Part shown: piece by piece, positions 1 through 12,561 of the stretch
Layout of the letters: each line of letters begins with the position of its first letter
How positions within the stretch are numbered: the first letter of the stretch is position 1
Source of the DNA: Verrucomicrobiia bacterium
Lineage (GTDB): Bacteria > Acidobacteriota > Terriglobia > Acidiferrales > UBA7541
DNA length: 64,000 bases
Assembly (NCBI GenBank): GCA_035604385.1
Contig: DATNIO010000197.1
Coordinates: forward strand, 2,565 to 66,564
Direction of reading: 5' to 3'
Made by a program: the position numbers and the translations under genes
The notes under the pieces: model-generated
Told to the model about the DNA's origin: nothing
The model's input: the letters and a program-made list of their open reading frames with translations, nothing else
Databases searched by the model: none

Positions 1-399
1 AAGGCGTTTCTGCTCGTGGCCGGCGCGGCGCTCGAAAAATATCGCGAACGCCTGGCGGACCAGCAGGAAGTCGTCGCCGCCCTTTCCGACATCGTGATGG
101 AATGCTACGCGATCGAATCCTCGCTGCGTCGCGTGCAAAAAGCGGAAGCAGCGCGCGGCGCGGCATCCACCGCCGTTATGGCGGACGCGGCGCGCGTGTT
201 TCTGCACGATGCCGCCGACCGCGTTGAGATCGGCGCGCGCCGGGCCCTGGCCGCGGTGCTCGAGGGAGATATGCTGCGCACGCAGCTAGCCGTGCTGCGC
301 CGGTTCCTGAAGCGCGAGCCCGCCGACACGGTAGCCATGCGCCAGCGTGTTGCCGCAGCCGTTCAGGCGGGCGACCGCTACCCCTTCGAGGGCCGTTAA
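1..399 (+). CDS. acyl-CoA dehydrogenase-like protein, C-terminal fragment (5' end upstream of window)
   Basis: Frame 1 is open from nt 1 to TAA 397-399. The helical Ala/Arg-rich tail (IVMECYAIESSLRRVQK...) resembles the C-terminal helical domain of long acyl-CoA dehydrogenases. Motif-level recognition only. Confidence 0.45.
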   Translation, partial: KAFLLVAGAALEKYRERLADQQEVVAALSDIVMECYAIESSLRRVQKAEAARGAASTAVMADAARVFLHDAADRVEIGARRALAAVLEGDMLRTQLAVLRRFLKREPADTVAMRQRVAAAVQAGDRYPFEGR

Positions 400-615
400 G
401 CCCGCCCGGAAACGAAACAGGCGCTGACCCTTGCCTGTGGAAAACGCAAAAATCTGCTCCTAATTCCTGTAGAATTCCTCTTTAATTCTGTACTAGTAGT
501 TCTAAATCCTGAGTTCTACGGCCAACGACACGCACGTACCATATGAAAAAGCGTGGCTTGCGGTTTAAATGGATCTTGTCTCTTCTGGGCGGGAAATTGC
601 ATCTAAGCAGGTAGC

Positions 616-930
616 GTGAAGAAGGGGGCCATCTTAGTGAAGGTCAGTAAGGTATTCAGTGAGCGGAAAGCTCGGAAGTGGTTGTGGATTGCTCTTGGGG
701 CGCTGGTTGCCTTGCAGCTCTATTTTGTGCAGGAAATGGTTGTAGCCCTGATGCTGTTCACGGGGATTTTTGTCGTTTGCGCGATCATAGCCATGGTCTT
801 GTATCTAGTCGATCGAGCCAGCCGGTGGGGGCTCGGCCTGGCGGGAAACCAGGCAAAGCGTGCGTTAGTGGCGGCCGAGGAGATCAGTAAAAAGCAGCTC
901 CGCCGTCCACGTTCAGAGCCTGCCCAGTAA
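616..930 (+). CDS. hypothetical small membrane protein (two predicted TM helices)
   Basis: GTG-initiated 104-aa ORF with two long hydrophobic stretches (WLWIALGALVALQLYF, ALMLFTGIFVVCAIIAMVLYLV). Weak RBS. Its 3' end overlaps the convergent SDR gene by 47 nt. Confidence 0.3.
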   Translation: MKKGAILVKVSKVFSERKARKWLWIALGALVALQLYFVQEMVVALMLFTGIFVVCAIIAMVLYLVDRASRWGLGLAGNQAKRALVAAEEISKKQLRRPRSEPAQ

Positions 931-1666
931 TCGCGCTAGCCTCGTCCGAGCAGAGAAACAAGGCGGCGGCGGCAATTTCGCTGGCGGTTTGACCGCGACC
1001 CTGAAGGATCGTATTCAGGAAACCGTCAAGCTGGGCTTCCTTCGAAACGCCCAGGCGATCCGCGAGCGTTTTCCCTAAATCCTTTGACATCTTCGTTTCC
1101 GTGACCGGGCCGGGGCAGATCGCGTTCACGCGTACGCCTTTGCGGGCTGCTTCGGCGGCGGCGACTCGCGTCAGTCCCAGCATGCCTGCCTTCGCCGCCG
1201 CATAGGGCGATCCCCAGCCAAAGGCCGACTTCGCGGACAGGCTCGAAATATTCAGGATTACCCCTGAGCCGCGCGCGTACATTCCCGGCAGGACAAGCCG
1301 CGTCAGGAGATAAGCGCCGCGAAGATGCACGGCGACCACGCGATCCCACTCCACGGGGCTGATTTCCTCGACCGGCTTCACGGGGCCATACTCTCCCGCG
1401 TTGTTCACCAGGAGATCGACCCTGCCGAGCTGGGATACGGCCTCGTGGATAAGGCGCTCGCAATCCTTCTCGTCCGCGACGTCGGCGGGAACGGCCGCCG
1501 CGCGCCCGCCCGCCTCGCGAACCTCCCGCGCCACCGCTTCAATTTCCGAAACTGTGCGCGCCGCGACCATCACCGCCGCGCCTTCCCCGGCAAATTTCAA
1601 TGCCATGGCGCGGCCGATCCCTCGACCGCCGCCGGTAATGACCGCCACTTTTTCAGCCAGCAACAT
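884..1666 (-). CDS. SDR family oxidoreductase (FabG-like)
   Basis: Start trimmed to ATG at 1666 (MLLAEKVAVITGGGRGIGRA = TGxxxGxG). NNAG motif and S...YAAAK catalytic motif present. 260 aa, typical for classical SDRs. Confidence 0.85.
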   Translation of the reverse strand: MLLAEKVAVITGGGRGIGRAMALKFAGEGAAVMVAARTVSEIEAVAREVREAGGRAAAVPADVADEKDCERLIHEAVSQLGRVDLLVNNAGEYGPVKPVEEISPVEWDRVVAVHLRGAYLLTRLVLPGMYARGSGVILNISSLSAKSAFGWGSPYAAAKAGMLGLTRVAAAEAARKGVRVNAICPGPVTETKMSKDLGKTLADRLGVSKEAQLDGFLNTILQGRGQTASEIAAAALFLCSDEASAITGQALNVDGGAAFY

Positions 1667-1743
1667 TCGCGCCTCCGGAACGATTGGGCAGAATAACATC
1701 TGTATCGCGCTGAACAAAGGGACGTGTCCAAAAGTCACGATTA

Positions 1744-3000
1744 GTGACTGCAAGCGCGAGCCTCGAGTGGTATGCTCCGCATGTGCGCGGCAAGCCACAG
1801 CGAAGGATTTCACGGGTGGGTGGCTCGGCAAAGTCGCTCTTGTTTTGCTCCGCGTCAATCGCCGTAGCGGCCGCACTTCTTGCCTGCATTGTCGAAATCG
1901 AATCACTTGCCAAGCCGGTTGCCAATTCCTCCAAGTTCACAGTTGGCCGTCTGGGCGATCACTACCTTTTGCTGGTGAACACGGCCATGGCCAGCCAAAT
2001 GGATGCGCAGAAAATGGGGCAGTTTGATCGCTCCCCCTACGACGGTTTGGCGGTTTCTTTCGCAGGCGCGTATGACGCCTCCCCAGTGCTTTCGCTCGCC
2101 CCGATGGAGGCACAAATTGGGCGCTGGGAAAAGTTTACTGCCAAGGACATCTGGCCTTGGGTTTCCTTGAACCGCATGATCGGCGCAGACGACGCGGAAG
2201 GGAATCAACTCACCAAGGTCCCTTACTTCCAGCGCTTCCAGGGATTGGATCTGGACGGCAAAGCAGGCGCGCAGAATGATTTTCTGGAGAATTGGCGAAA
2301 CGCGCTTCGCCTCGCCAGGGAGACACGGGTTCCCGGTATTGTTTGCGACCTTGAGTTCTACAATAACTACAAGGCGTATGACCTGGCCGAGCTCGCCCGC
2401 ATGACGTCCATGCCGCGCGCAGACGTGGTGAACGCGCTGCGGCAGGTTGGCGCGCACATGGCGGACATCGCCGCGGCGGAGTATCCGGGCGCGACGCTCT
2501 TGTTCTTCTTCACTGGCTTTACCCGCCCTGAATACAGGGTGATTGACGGGAAGCCGTACTATCTTGCGGCCACCTACATTGCGGAAGGGCTGCTCGACCA
2601 AATTCAGCAGCATCATCTTCCGCTCCGCGTCTTGTCCGGCGGCGAAGTGGGCCTCGGCTATTGCCATAATTCCGTCGACGATCTCCGCCTGGCGATCGAA
2701 AAGCGCGCCGCTGACTTTGCGCCTCTTCTTCAGAAATACAATGGCATCCTGGAACTCGCCGGGACAATGACGCTCTGGAGCGATCGATCGGCTAAGAAGA
2801 ACTGGGTGGCCCAAGGGGCTTGCGGGACCTCATCGGCCGCCACCGTCGAAGATCTCGTCCCGTACATGGAACTGCTGTTTCGGTCTTACCACTATAACTG
2901 GCTCTATGGTTCACCCAATGGCGGGTATTTTGCTTTCCAGTCCACAAGCGCGCCACGCTTTGATGCCGCGATTGCGAAAGCAAAAGCCCGCGCGTTCTGA
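1744..3000 (+). CDS. hypothetical protein, probable lipoprotein
   Basis: 418-aa ORF. An alternative GTG at 1816 gives the signal peptide VGGSAKSLLFCSASIAVAAALLAC with a lipobox-like LLAC. No domain recognised. Confidence 0.55.
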   Translation: MTASASLEWYAPHVRGKPQRRISRVGGSAKSLLFCSASIAVAAALLACIVEIESLAKPVANSSKFTVGRLGDHYLLLVNTAMASQMDAQKMGQFDRSPYDGLAVSFAGAYDASPVLSLAPMEAQIGRWEKFTAKDIWPWVSLNRMIGADDAEGNQLTKVPYFQRFQGLDLDGKAGAQNDFLENWRNALRLARETRVPGIVCDLEFYNNYKAYDLAELARMTSMPRADVVNALRQVGAHMADIAAAEYPGATLLFFFTGFTRPEYRVIDGKPYYLAATYIAEGLLDQIQQHHLPLRVLSGGEVGLGYCHNSVDDLRLAIEKRAADFAPLLQKYNGILELAGTMTLWSDRSAKKNWVAQGACGTSSAATVEDLVPYMELLFRSYHYNWLYGSPNGGYFAFQSTSAPRFDAAIAKAKARAF

Positions 3001-3236
3001 GCTTCAGGTAGCCGGCCGGGGCTTTGAGATCGAGGCTGGGCGCTTCGGTATGCGGCTCTGATAGGAGGCCAATTAGTGGGATGCCTCCTTGCCACCGCAC
3101 TTTTCAACTTCTAGAGATCTGCGGCGGACCTTCCCATGAACTGGCCTACTACTCCAGCTTTTGAATGCCGGTGCTTTTGGCGCTATCCTACAGACCTGCA
3201 TCCACCCGCCCATAGATTCATCCACTGGAGGAAACA

Positions 3237-4265
3237 ATGTCGAATTCTGGCCGCCGCGATTTCTTGAAAAATTCCATGGCCACTGCGCTCGCGCCCGCCG
3301 CTGAAGGCGCACTGCGCCTTCCGGGCCTGTTTGGCGATCCTGAACCTGCGCAGACGCCCCGCGAGGATTTTTTCAAAGGGTTTAAGACCGAGGAAATTAA
3401 AACCTCGGGCGCAACCATCCATACGGTTTCCGGCGGCAATCGCAACGGCCCGCCCTTGCTGCTGCTCCACGGCATTCCGGAAACGCATGTGCTGTGGCGG
3501 AAGGTGGCGCCGGCGCTGGCTCAGGATTATTTCCTGGTGATGACGGATCTGCGCGGTTATGGAGACAGCGGCAAGCCCCCGGGAGGCGGAGATCACTTCG
3601 CCTACTCGAAGCGGGCCATGGCGCAGGACCAGGTGGAAGTGATGAAGCACCTGGGATTTGAAAAGTTCGCGCTCGTGGGCCACGATCGAGGCGGACGCGC
3701 CGCGCACCGGTTGGCTCTGGACCATCCGGAAGTTCTGACGAAGCTGGTCATTCTCGACATCGTGCCGACCTACCTGCTGTACCAAAACATCAACCAGGAG
3801 TTCGCCACCATCTTTTATCATTGGTTTCTTCTGGTTCAGCCGCCTCCGTTTCCCGAGACGATGGTCGCCAACAGCGCCGAATATTTCCTGAAGTGCACCC
3901 TGCTATGGCTTGGAGGCAGTAAGCTCACGGACCCGTTGCCGGACTGGATCAGCCCCGCGGTCTTTCAGGAATATCTCCACACCTTCCGCAGTCCCGAAAC
4001 AATCCATGCGATTTGCGAGGATTACCGGGCGGCTGCCTCCATCGATTTGGCGCACGATAAGGCGGACCTCGATAAGAAAATTCAATGCCCGCTGCTCATC
4101 CTCTGGTCAGAGAAGGGGCCGTTCCATCGCCTGTACAACGTCTTGCAGACCTGGCGAGACCGCGCCGTCCAGGCGCAGGGCAAGGCGATGCCGACGGGCC
4201 ACTTCCTTCCGGAGCAGATGCCGGAGGAATTGACGCAGGAACTTAGGGGATTTCTACGGAGCTGA
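3237..4265 (+). CDS. alpha/beta hydrolase (haloacetate dehalogenase / epoxide hydrolase-like) with Tat signal
   Basis: GGAGG-type RBS upstream. Twin-arginine motif GRRDFLK. LLLLHGIPETHVLWRKVAP...DLRGYGDS and nucleophile elbow VGHDRGG are typical of this hydrolase subfamily. Confidence 0.8.
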   Translation: MSNSGRRDFLKNSMATALAPAAEGALRLPGLFGDPEPAQTPREDFFKGFKTEEIKTSGATIHTVSGGNRNGPPLLLLHGIPETHVLWRKVAPALAQDYFLVMTDLRGYGDSGKPPGGGDHFAYSKRAMAQDQVEVMKHLGFEKFALVGHDRGGRAAHRLALDHPEVLTKLVILDIVPTYLLYQNINQEFATIFYHWFLLVQPPPFPETMVANSAEYFLKCTLLWLGGSKLTDPLPDWISPAVFQEYLHTFRSPETIHAICEDYRAAASIDLAHDKADLDKKIQCPLLILWSEKGPFHRLYNVLQTWRDRAVQAQGKAMPTGHFLPEQMPEELTQELRGFLRS

Positions 4266-4272
4266 GGGTTTT

Positions 4273-4347
4273 GTAGCACAGCCACTCTTGGCTGTGTGCC
4301 TTTGTTAAGCGCTGCAAAAAGCACACAGCCAAGAGTGGCTGTGCTAC
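4273..4347. repeat. perfect 27-bp inverted repeat (REP-like palindromic element), 21-nt spacer
   Basis: Arm 4273-4299 'gtagcacagccactcttggctgtgtgc' is the exact reverse complement of arm 4321-4347. Each arm also contains its own sub-palindrome. Confidence 0.9.
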
Positions 4348-4498
4348 TGGAAAAGGTTGCAAGCCAGGCCCTTGTGGTATAAAACGTCTTCCGTCCCACG
4401 ACCGAACCAAAATTGTTCTATTCGCGCCCAGAGGCCAGTGGAAATCCGTCACGCCTCGGTGCGGACGCGAGCCGATTTCAGAATTCCAAGGAGGATTT

Positions 4499-4966
4499 GT
4501 GAGCCAATCCGTTAGCACGGTGAGCCGCCTGGAGACAGTTTCCACCCGTCAGGTTTCCGACATCGTGATCGCGTACACTATTTTGCGATTGTCCTTCGGG
4601 GCCAATATTCTTCTCCACGGTCTGAGCCGCATCCTCAATGGCCGGCCGGCATTTCTCGCCTATTTGACCCACTACTTCGAGCATGCGCACCTGATTCCAG
4701 CGAGCTCGTTGCCGGCGTTTGGCGCGGTCCTGCCCTGGCTGGAGACGACACTGGGCTTGCTTCTGATGCTGGGGCTGTTTTCGCGATTTACACTGATTGT
4801 GGGCGCCCTGGTGATGACGGCCCTGGTGATCGGCACAAACCTGGCGCAGGACTGGCTGGTCTCGGGGCTGCAGCTGCCCTACTGCTTCATTTATTATTAT
4901 TTGCTAATCCATCTCGAACAGAACCGCATGTCCCTGGATGCGTGGTGGGGAATCGGCGGGATCTAA
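4499..4966 (+). CDS. DoxX-like membrane protein
   Basis: 155-aa GTG-start ORF with 4 hydrophobic helices. RLSFGANILLHGLSRI and later helices resemble DoxX/DoxD family proteins. Confidence 0.5.
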   Translation: MSQSVSTVSRLETVSTRQVSDIVIAYTILRLSFGANILLHGLSRILNGRPAFLAYLTHYFEHAHLIPASSLPAFGAVLPWLETTLGLLLMLGLFSRFTLIVGALVMTALVIGTNLAQDWLVSGLQLPYCFIYYYLLIHLEQNRMSLDAWWGIGGI

Positions 4967-5205
4967 GCGAGGACTTTCCCGAAACCCGCAACCTTATAAA
5001 ACCGCAAGAACGTGGCACCCGTCAAACCATCCTTCGCGCCATCCGTCAAACTAGTGTCCCTCTGCCCGCTTGTAACCGGATTTCAGGCCTCCGGCAACAA
5101 AACTGTGTGTATTGCGCTGCGAGAAACTCGTTCTGGCAGCGTGGTTTGCGGGTGCCGGGCGGCGTGCTAGATTTTGAAGTTGGGTGAAATTCCAGCGATA
5201 GACTC

Positions 5206-7658
<2,453 letters not shown>

Positions 7659-7729
7659 GTTTTGGAGGACCGGCGCGGTGCGCCGATCCGAACCGGCAAA
7701 AAAATTCTGAAAGTTGACAGTCTTCCCCA

Positions 7730-8665
7730 ATGATTGCAATTCCCTCACGGCACAAATCACTGACGTTGCTGGCGACCGTCGTCGTCGCGCAGGTGTTGCT
7801 GCTTGCCGTGCAAATCAAGCGCGAGCGGCAGGTGCGTCTGATCCGCGTGTGGGCGGTGGAACTGATTTCGCCGCTGCAGCGCATCGGCTCCTGGACGATC
7901 AATGGCGCCGAGCATGGTTGGGGCGGATACATCGGCTTGCGCAGCGCGCAGAAAGAAAACGACGCCATGCGCTCCGAGCTCGACCGGCTGAAAGTGCGCA
8001 ACGCCGAACTGGAAGGCCGGGCCCTGGAAGCGGACCGGCTGGCCGCGCTGCTCAATTTTCGCACCGCCCATGCCGATACTCCCATGATCGCCGCGCGCGT
8101 GATCGGCGCGAGTCCCGACTCCGGGAGCCTGGTTGTAAATATCGACCGTGGTTCGCGCGATGGCATTCGGCGCGACATGGGCGTCATCACGCCGGACGGC
8201 GTGGTCGGGAAAATTTTCGCCGTCTATCCTGACGTTTCGCAAGTCCTGCTGATGGGCGACAAAGATAGCGGCGTGGGCGCCCTGCTGGCGGAAACGCGTA
8301 CGCAAGGGCCCGTGAAAGGAACGGGCGAGCCGCTGCTTTCACTCGAATACATCAGCAGCGACGAGAAGATTACGGTTGGGGAAACGGTGCTGACTTCCGG
8401 ACAGGACCGCATCTTTCCGAAGGATCTCCCCGTGGGCAAGGTCGTGGATTTTGCATCGGACCCGAAGTCGCCGTTCATGAAGATTCGCGTGAAGCCGGCC
8501 GCCCATCTGGACCGCCTCGAAGAGGTTCTGGTCCTTCAGACGAGGCAAGAGTTGACTCCAAAGAAGTCCCCGGACGCCGAAACCGCGCCGGTCACATCTC
8601 CGGCCGCACCGAAGGCGGCCGTGGCGCCGGCATTGACGGCAAAAAAGCCAACAGACGGACACTGA
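7730..8665 (+). CDS. mreC: rod shape-determining protein MreC
   Basis: N-terminal TM helix, then a coiled-coil (NDAMRSELDRLKVRNAELE), then beta-rich MreC core (GVITPDGVVGKI, VLTSGQDRIFPKDLPVG). Lies between mreB and mreD. Confidence 0.85.
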   Translation: MIAIPSRHKSLTLLATVVVAQVLLLAVQIKRERQVRLIRVWAVELISPLQRIGSWTINGAEHGWGGYIGLRSAQKENDAMRSELDRLKVRNAELEGRALEADRLAALLNFRTAHADTPMIAARVIGASPDSGSLVVNIDRGSRDGIRRDMGVITPDGVVGKIFAVYPDVSQVLLMGDKDSGVGALLAETRTQGPVKGTGEPLLSLEYISSDEKITVGETVLTSGQDRIFPKDLPVGKVVDFASDPKSPFMKIRVKPAAHLDRLEEVLVLQTRQELTPKKSPDAETAPVTSPAAPKAAVAPALTAKKPTDGH

Positions 8666-8695
8666 TCCAGGCCGTGGGAACGCAGGCAGGAGACG

Positions 8696-9226
8696 ATGGA
8701 AAGCACAGAAGTCTATATCGGGCCAGAGCCGCACATCGAAGTGCACAAGTACTACGCCGGGGTTGTGCCCGTTGTGGTGCTCTTTGCGCTGGTGCTGCAA
8801 GCGTTTTTCCCCGTCTACATCCGCTCCGCCAACTATCTCGAATTGCCATTGCTGGTAACTCTTTACTTTGCTCTCAGCAAGCGCAATCCGTCCTCCGGGC
8901 TGGTGCTGGGCATGGTGGTGGGGCTGCTGCAGGATAGTTTGAGCCGCACGCCACTGGGCCTTTACGGAATCGCGAAAACGCTCGTGGGGTACCTCGGCTC
9001 CTCGCTCGGGGCCCGGATCGATGTGGAACATCCTATCGCGCGTTTCCTGCTGACGGCCGGGTTTTACTTGTTCCATCACGCTGTCTTCACGCTGACGACC
9101 AGAGCCCTGCTGGCCCAACGGAGCGAAAGCTACCTTACGGTTCCGATATTGATCGCCTCGCTCGTCAATGCCGTGATCGCCATTATATTGTTCCCGCTGC
9201 TCGACCGCTTCCGGAAGCCCTCTTGA
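8696..9226 (+). CDS. mreD: rod shape-determining protein MreD
   Basis: 176-aa polytopic membrane protein immediately after mreC. Size, position and the GLLQDS motif fit MreD. Confidence 0.7.
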   Translation: MESTEVYIGPEPHIEVHKYYAGVVPVVVLFALVLQAFFPVYIRSANYLELPLLVTLYFALSKRNPSSGLVLGMVVGLLQDSLSRTPLGLYGIAKTLVGYLGSSLGARIDVEHPIARFLLTAGFYLFHHAVFTLTTRALLAQRSESYLTVPILIASLVNAVIAIILFPLLDRFRKPS

Positions 9227-9367
9227 AACAGGGGTATCCGATACGATGCGCGCGATCTTGCACACCCTTGGTGCAAGTGATAGTGTGAACGATGGTTAGG
9301 TGTGGAGAAAGCCCACAAGGTGTGCGGGGGATGAGGACCGCACGGAGTCGCTTTGGCCTTTTCTTTG

Positions 9368-11221
9368 ATGAACGATAAACGGCTGCCGACCGAGCGGCTG
9401 ACGGTTGTTTCGTATGTCATCGTAGGGGTGATCTCGCTGCTGCTGTTTGGTTTCTGGAAGCTGCAGATCATTGATTCGGATCGCTATGCGCAAATGGCCG
9501 AGCGCAATCGCGTTCGGTCGATTCCCATCATTGCCCCGCGCGGCTCGATGCTCGATCGCGAAGGCCGCGTCCTCGTAGACAACTACCCCTCCTTCAGCGT
9601 CCTGTTGTTGCGCGATGCTCCCGAACAGGTGGAGAAGCTCCTGCCGCAGATTGCCGACGGTCTGGGCATGACGCTCGAGGATGTGAGGCAGGAGATGGAA
9701 GCTTCCCGGGCCATGCCGAAGTTTCAGCCGATCGTGATCAAACCGGAAGCGAGCCCATCCGATATCGCATTTATCGAGTCTCACCGCGTCGACATTCCGG
9801 TGCTCGAAATGCTGATGGTTCACCGCCGCCGCTACCCGCACGGCGATATGCTCGCCAACGCGGTTGGCTACGTCGGTGAAGTAAGCCCGGAGCAGGTGGA
9901 GGCTTCCGATTCCAGCCTGAAGCCGGGCGACATCGTCGGGAAAACAGGTCTGGAGCGCCAATACAATGAAACCTTGATGGGGACGGACGGTTTGCGGCGG
10001 GTGATCGTTAACAGCATCGGTAAGGAAGTAGGCCGTCTCGAGCAGAAGGACGCCATTCCGGGCAAACCGATCCAACTGACGATCGACTACGATCTGCAAA
10101 ACATTGCGGATACCTATATGGCCGACAAAGAAGGCGCCGTCGTCGCCATGGACCCGCGCACCGGGGAAATCCTGGCGATGGTCAGCCGGCCCACCTTCGA
10201 TCCCAACGATTTCGCGATCCGCATTCCCACGGCGGAATGGCAATCTCTCAATACCGATCCCCGGACTCCCTTGCTGAATCGCGCTATTCAGGGACAACTT
10301 GCCCCCGGGTCGGTCTTCAAGATTGTCATGGCCACGGCGATGCTTGAGTCCAAGGACGTCCCTGCGAATTTCACCGCGTTTTGTCCGGGACACGCTGATT
10401 TTTACGGACGAACCTTTCACTGCTGGCGGCCGGCGGGGCATGGCATCGTCAATCTCCACACGGCCATCGTGCAATCCTGCGACGTTTTCTTCTATACCCT
10501 TGGGCAGCGGCTTGGAATTGACGAGATTCACAAGTACGGCGCCGCCCTGGGCCTGGGCCGGCGCACTGGCGTCGACTTGCCGGGAGAGGAAGCCGGTCTC
10601 ATGCCTTCGGAAGAATGGGTCCAGCGGGTCTTCCACCATAAGTGGTACGCGGGTGAAACGATTTCTGTGGCCATCGGACAGGGCGCCGTTACGGTCACTC
10701 CGATTCAACTCGCGCGCACGATCGGCGCCGTGGCTAGTGGCGGCGACTTGCCCCAGCCGCACCTGCTGAAGAATCTCTCCGCGAAGATGGATCGCTTTCC
10801 ACTAGCCGAGGACACGGTCGAACAGGTCACGCAGGGAATGTATGGCGTCATTAATGAGGGTGGTACGGGATCGACCTTGAAACTTCAGAATATCGAGTTC
10901 TCCGGCAAGTCAGGGACCGCCCAATTGATGAGCTACGGTGCGGGAAGCAAGATGGGAAAGAAAGGGAAGGAAACCAACGGGTGGTTCGTGGGCTATGCGC
11001 CGCGGCGTAGTCCGGAGATTGTGGTTGCGGCGGTCATCCAGGGCAGCAGCGAGCACGGGGGAACGACGGCAGGGCCCGTCGTGCGCGATATCGTCAAGGC
11101 GTATTACGACAAAAAGAGCGGGATAAAAGTTCAGGAGTATACGGCGAAGGAAGGGCGGCCCAAGGTACTGCCGACCTCCGTGGACGATCCTTCTCTGGAT
11201 CCGGATCCGCCCAGCCGATAA
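9368..11221 (+). CDS. mrdA: penicillin-binding protein 2 (elongasome transpeptidase)
   Basis: The ORF opens at TTG 9353; ATG 9368 is preferred. PRGSMLDREGRVL N-terminal domain. Transpeptidase motifs SVFK (SxxK), SCD (SxN-like) and KSGTA (KTG-like). Followed by rodA. Confidence 0.9.
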   Translation: MNDKRLPTERLTVVSYVIVGVISLLLFGFWKLQIIDSDRYAQMAERNRVRSIPIIAPRGSMLDREGRVLVDNYPSFSVLLLRDAPEQVEKLLPQIADGLGMTLEDVRQEMEASRAMPKFQPIVIKPEASPSDIAFIESHRVDIPVLEMLMVHRRRYPHGDMLANAVGYVGEVSPEQVEASDSSLKPGDIVGKTGLERQYNETLMGTDGLRRVIVNSIGKEVGRLEQKDAIPGKPIQLTIDYDLQNIADTYMADKEGAVVAMDPRTGEILAMVSRPTFDPNDFAIRIPTAEWQSLNTDPRTPLLNRAIQGQLAPGSVFKIVMATAMLESKDVPANFTAFCPGHADFYGRTFHCWRPAGHGIVNLHTAIVQSCDVFFYTLGQRLGIDEIHKYGAALGLGRRTGVDLPGEEAGLMPSEEWVQRVFHHKWYAGETISVAIGQGAVTVTPIQLARTIGAVASGGDLPQPHLLKNLSAKMDRFPLAEDTVEQVTQGMYGVINEGGTGSTLKLQNIEFSGKSGTAQLMSYGAGSKMGKKGKETNGWFVGYAPRRSPEIVVAAVIQGSSEHGGTTAGPVVRDIVKAYYDKKSGIKVQEYTAKEGRPKVLPTSVDDPSLDPDPPSR

Positions 11222-11227
11222 AATTTT

Positions 11228-12316
11228 ATGCAGAAGGGCACAAGCATTCGCGACTATGACTGGTGGCTGCTGGCGACGGCGTTCGCCATCTGCGGCGTAG
11301 GCGTGCTCGAAATCTGGTCCGCGACGCACGCGAGCCACCTCGCGGGCATGCACACGCACCAGATGGAATGGGTCGGCCTGGGTTTCGTCCTGATGCTCCT
11401 GTTGTCCCGCGTGGACTACCACACGATCATGGATCAGGCTCCCGTCTTGTATTTGATCGCGATCATCGCGTTGATTGCGGTTCTGGCCATGGGACACACG
11501 CGCTTTGGGGCCAGGCGCTGGCTGCCGATCCTGGGCGGTCTTTTGCAGGTGTCAGAACTGGTGAAGTTGATTATAATAGTTGTGCTGGCGCGCTTCTTTT
11601 CGGAGGTGCGTACGGAGCAGCTCAGCCTGGGGGATTTGATCAAGGCTGCCGCTCTGATGGGTTTGCCGCTGGCGCTGATCATGTTGCAGCCGGACCTGGG
11701 GACAGCGCTGGTGCTCGTGCCGCTCGCGGCAGTAGGGGCTTACCTGGCAGGCTTACAATGGAAACATTCCCTGGCCATTGTTACGCTGGCTGCGATCATG
11801 GTGCCGGTGGGTTATCATTTTCTTAAGCCCTACCAGAGAGAACGTGTTACAACATTCCTGCGGCCGGAAGAGGATCCCAAGGGCGCAGGGTATCAGATCC
11901 TGCAATCGAAGATCGCCGTGGGTTCCGGCGGATTTTGGGGCAAGGGGCTTGGCAACGGGAGCCAGAATCAATTAGGCTTCGTGCCGGTCCGATATTCGGA
12001 TTTCATCCTCGCGGCGCTCGCGGAAGAAGTCGGATTTGTGGGAGTTTTCGTCGCGCTGCTTTTGTATATGTTCCTGCTGTTGCGTCTGGTGCAGAACGCC
12101 CAGCGCGCGCACGATCGAGCGGGCATGTTTCTGATCATGGGCGTGACGGCAGTGTTAGGTTTCCATGTCCTGGTGAATGTGGCCATGGTGATTGGATTTA
12201 TGCCGGTCACCGGAATTCCGCTGCCGTTGATGAGTTATGGCGGCTCGGCCACATTGTTCGTGTTTTTGGCTTTAGGGCTGGTGATGAACGTCCGTATCCG
12301 GCGTTTCGTCAACTAA
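11228..12316 (+). CDS. rodA: SEDS glycosyltransferase RodA
   Basis: 362-aa FtsW/RodA/SpoVE-type polytopic protein (QPSELVKL-like QVSELVKL, PDLGTALV, TDFIFA-like SDFILAAL, GIPLPLMSYGGS). Confidence 0.9.
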   Translation: MQKGTSIRDYDWWLLATAFAICGVGVLEIWSATHASHLAGMHTHQMEWVGLGFVLMLLLSRVDYHTIMDQAPVLYLIAIIALIAVLAMGHTRFGARRWLPILGGLLQVSELVKLIIIVVLARFFSEVRTEQLSLGDLIKAAALMGLPLALIMLQPDLGTALVLVPLAAVGAYLAGLQWKHSLAIVTLAAIMVPVGYHFLKPYQRERVTTFLRPEEDPKGAGYQILQSKIAVGSGGFWGKGLGNGSQNQLGFVPVRYSDFILAALAEEVGFVGVFVALLLYMFLLLRLVQNAQRAHDRAGMFLIMGVTAVLGFHVLVNVAMVIGFMPVTGIPLPLMSYGGSATLFVFLALGLVMNVRIRRFVN

Positions 12317-12446
12317 GCCGGTAGAATTGCTTTCCGGCCCGCGCCGCGCTGTGAATCAAGTGGACGGCCCGCCGGCGAGAAACAAAAATTTTGGAGCGAG
12401 GCAAGTGCCCAGAGGAAGAGCAAATTCAATCTTCACTTCCCCGGCT

Positions 12447-12472
12447 GTCCCGTCCGCCATGGCGGACGGGAC
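12447..12472. other. GC-rich hairpin in the rodA-RNase intergenic region
   Basis: 'gtcccgtccgcc at ggcggacgggac' is a perfect 12+12 palindrome; a T-run (cccttttt) lies about 11 nt downstream. It could be a terminator for the mre/mrd operon or part of the RNase 5' leader. Function not established. Confidence 0.3.
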
Positions 12473-12561
12473 CGAGCGCACCCTTTTTCTTGCGGGCTCT
12501 AATTTGAGCCCGCGACCGATGCGCCAGGCCGGAGTGCGGCCATGCCCTCCGAGGAGTTTTC

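Noticed and set aside
400-615. AT-rich spacer with reiterated AATTC(C/T) / TTCTA motifs
   Set aside because: It could contain a promoter or binding sites for the small membrane-protein gene. The repeats are short and irregular, and I cannot support a specific feature.
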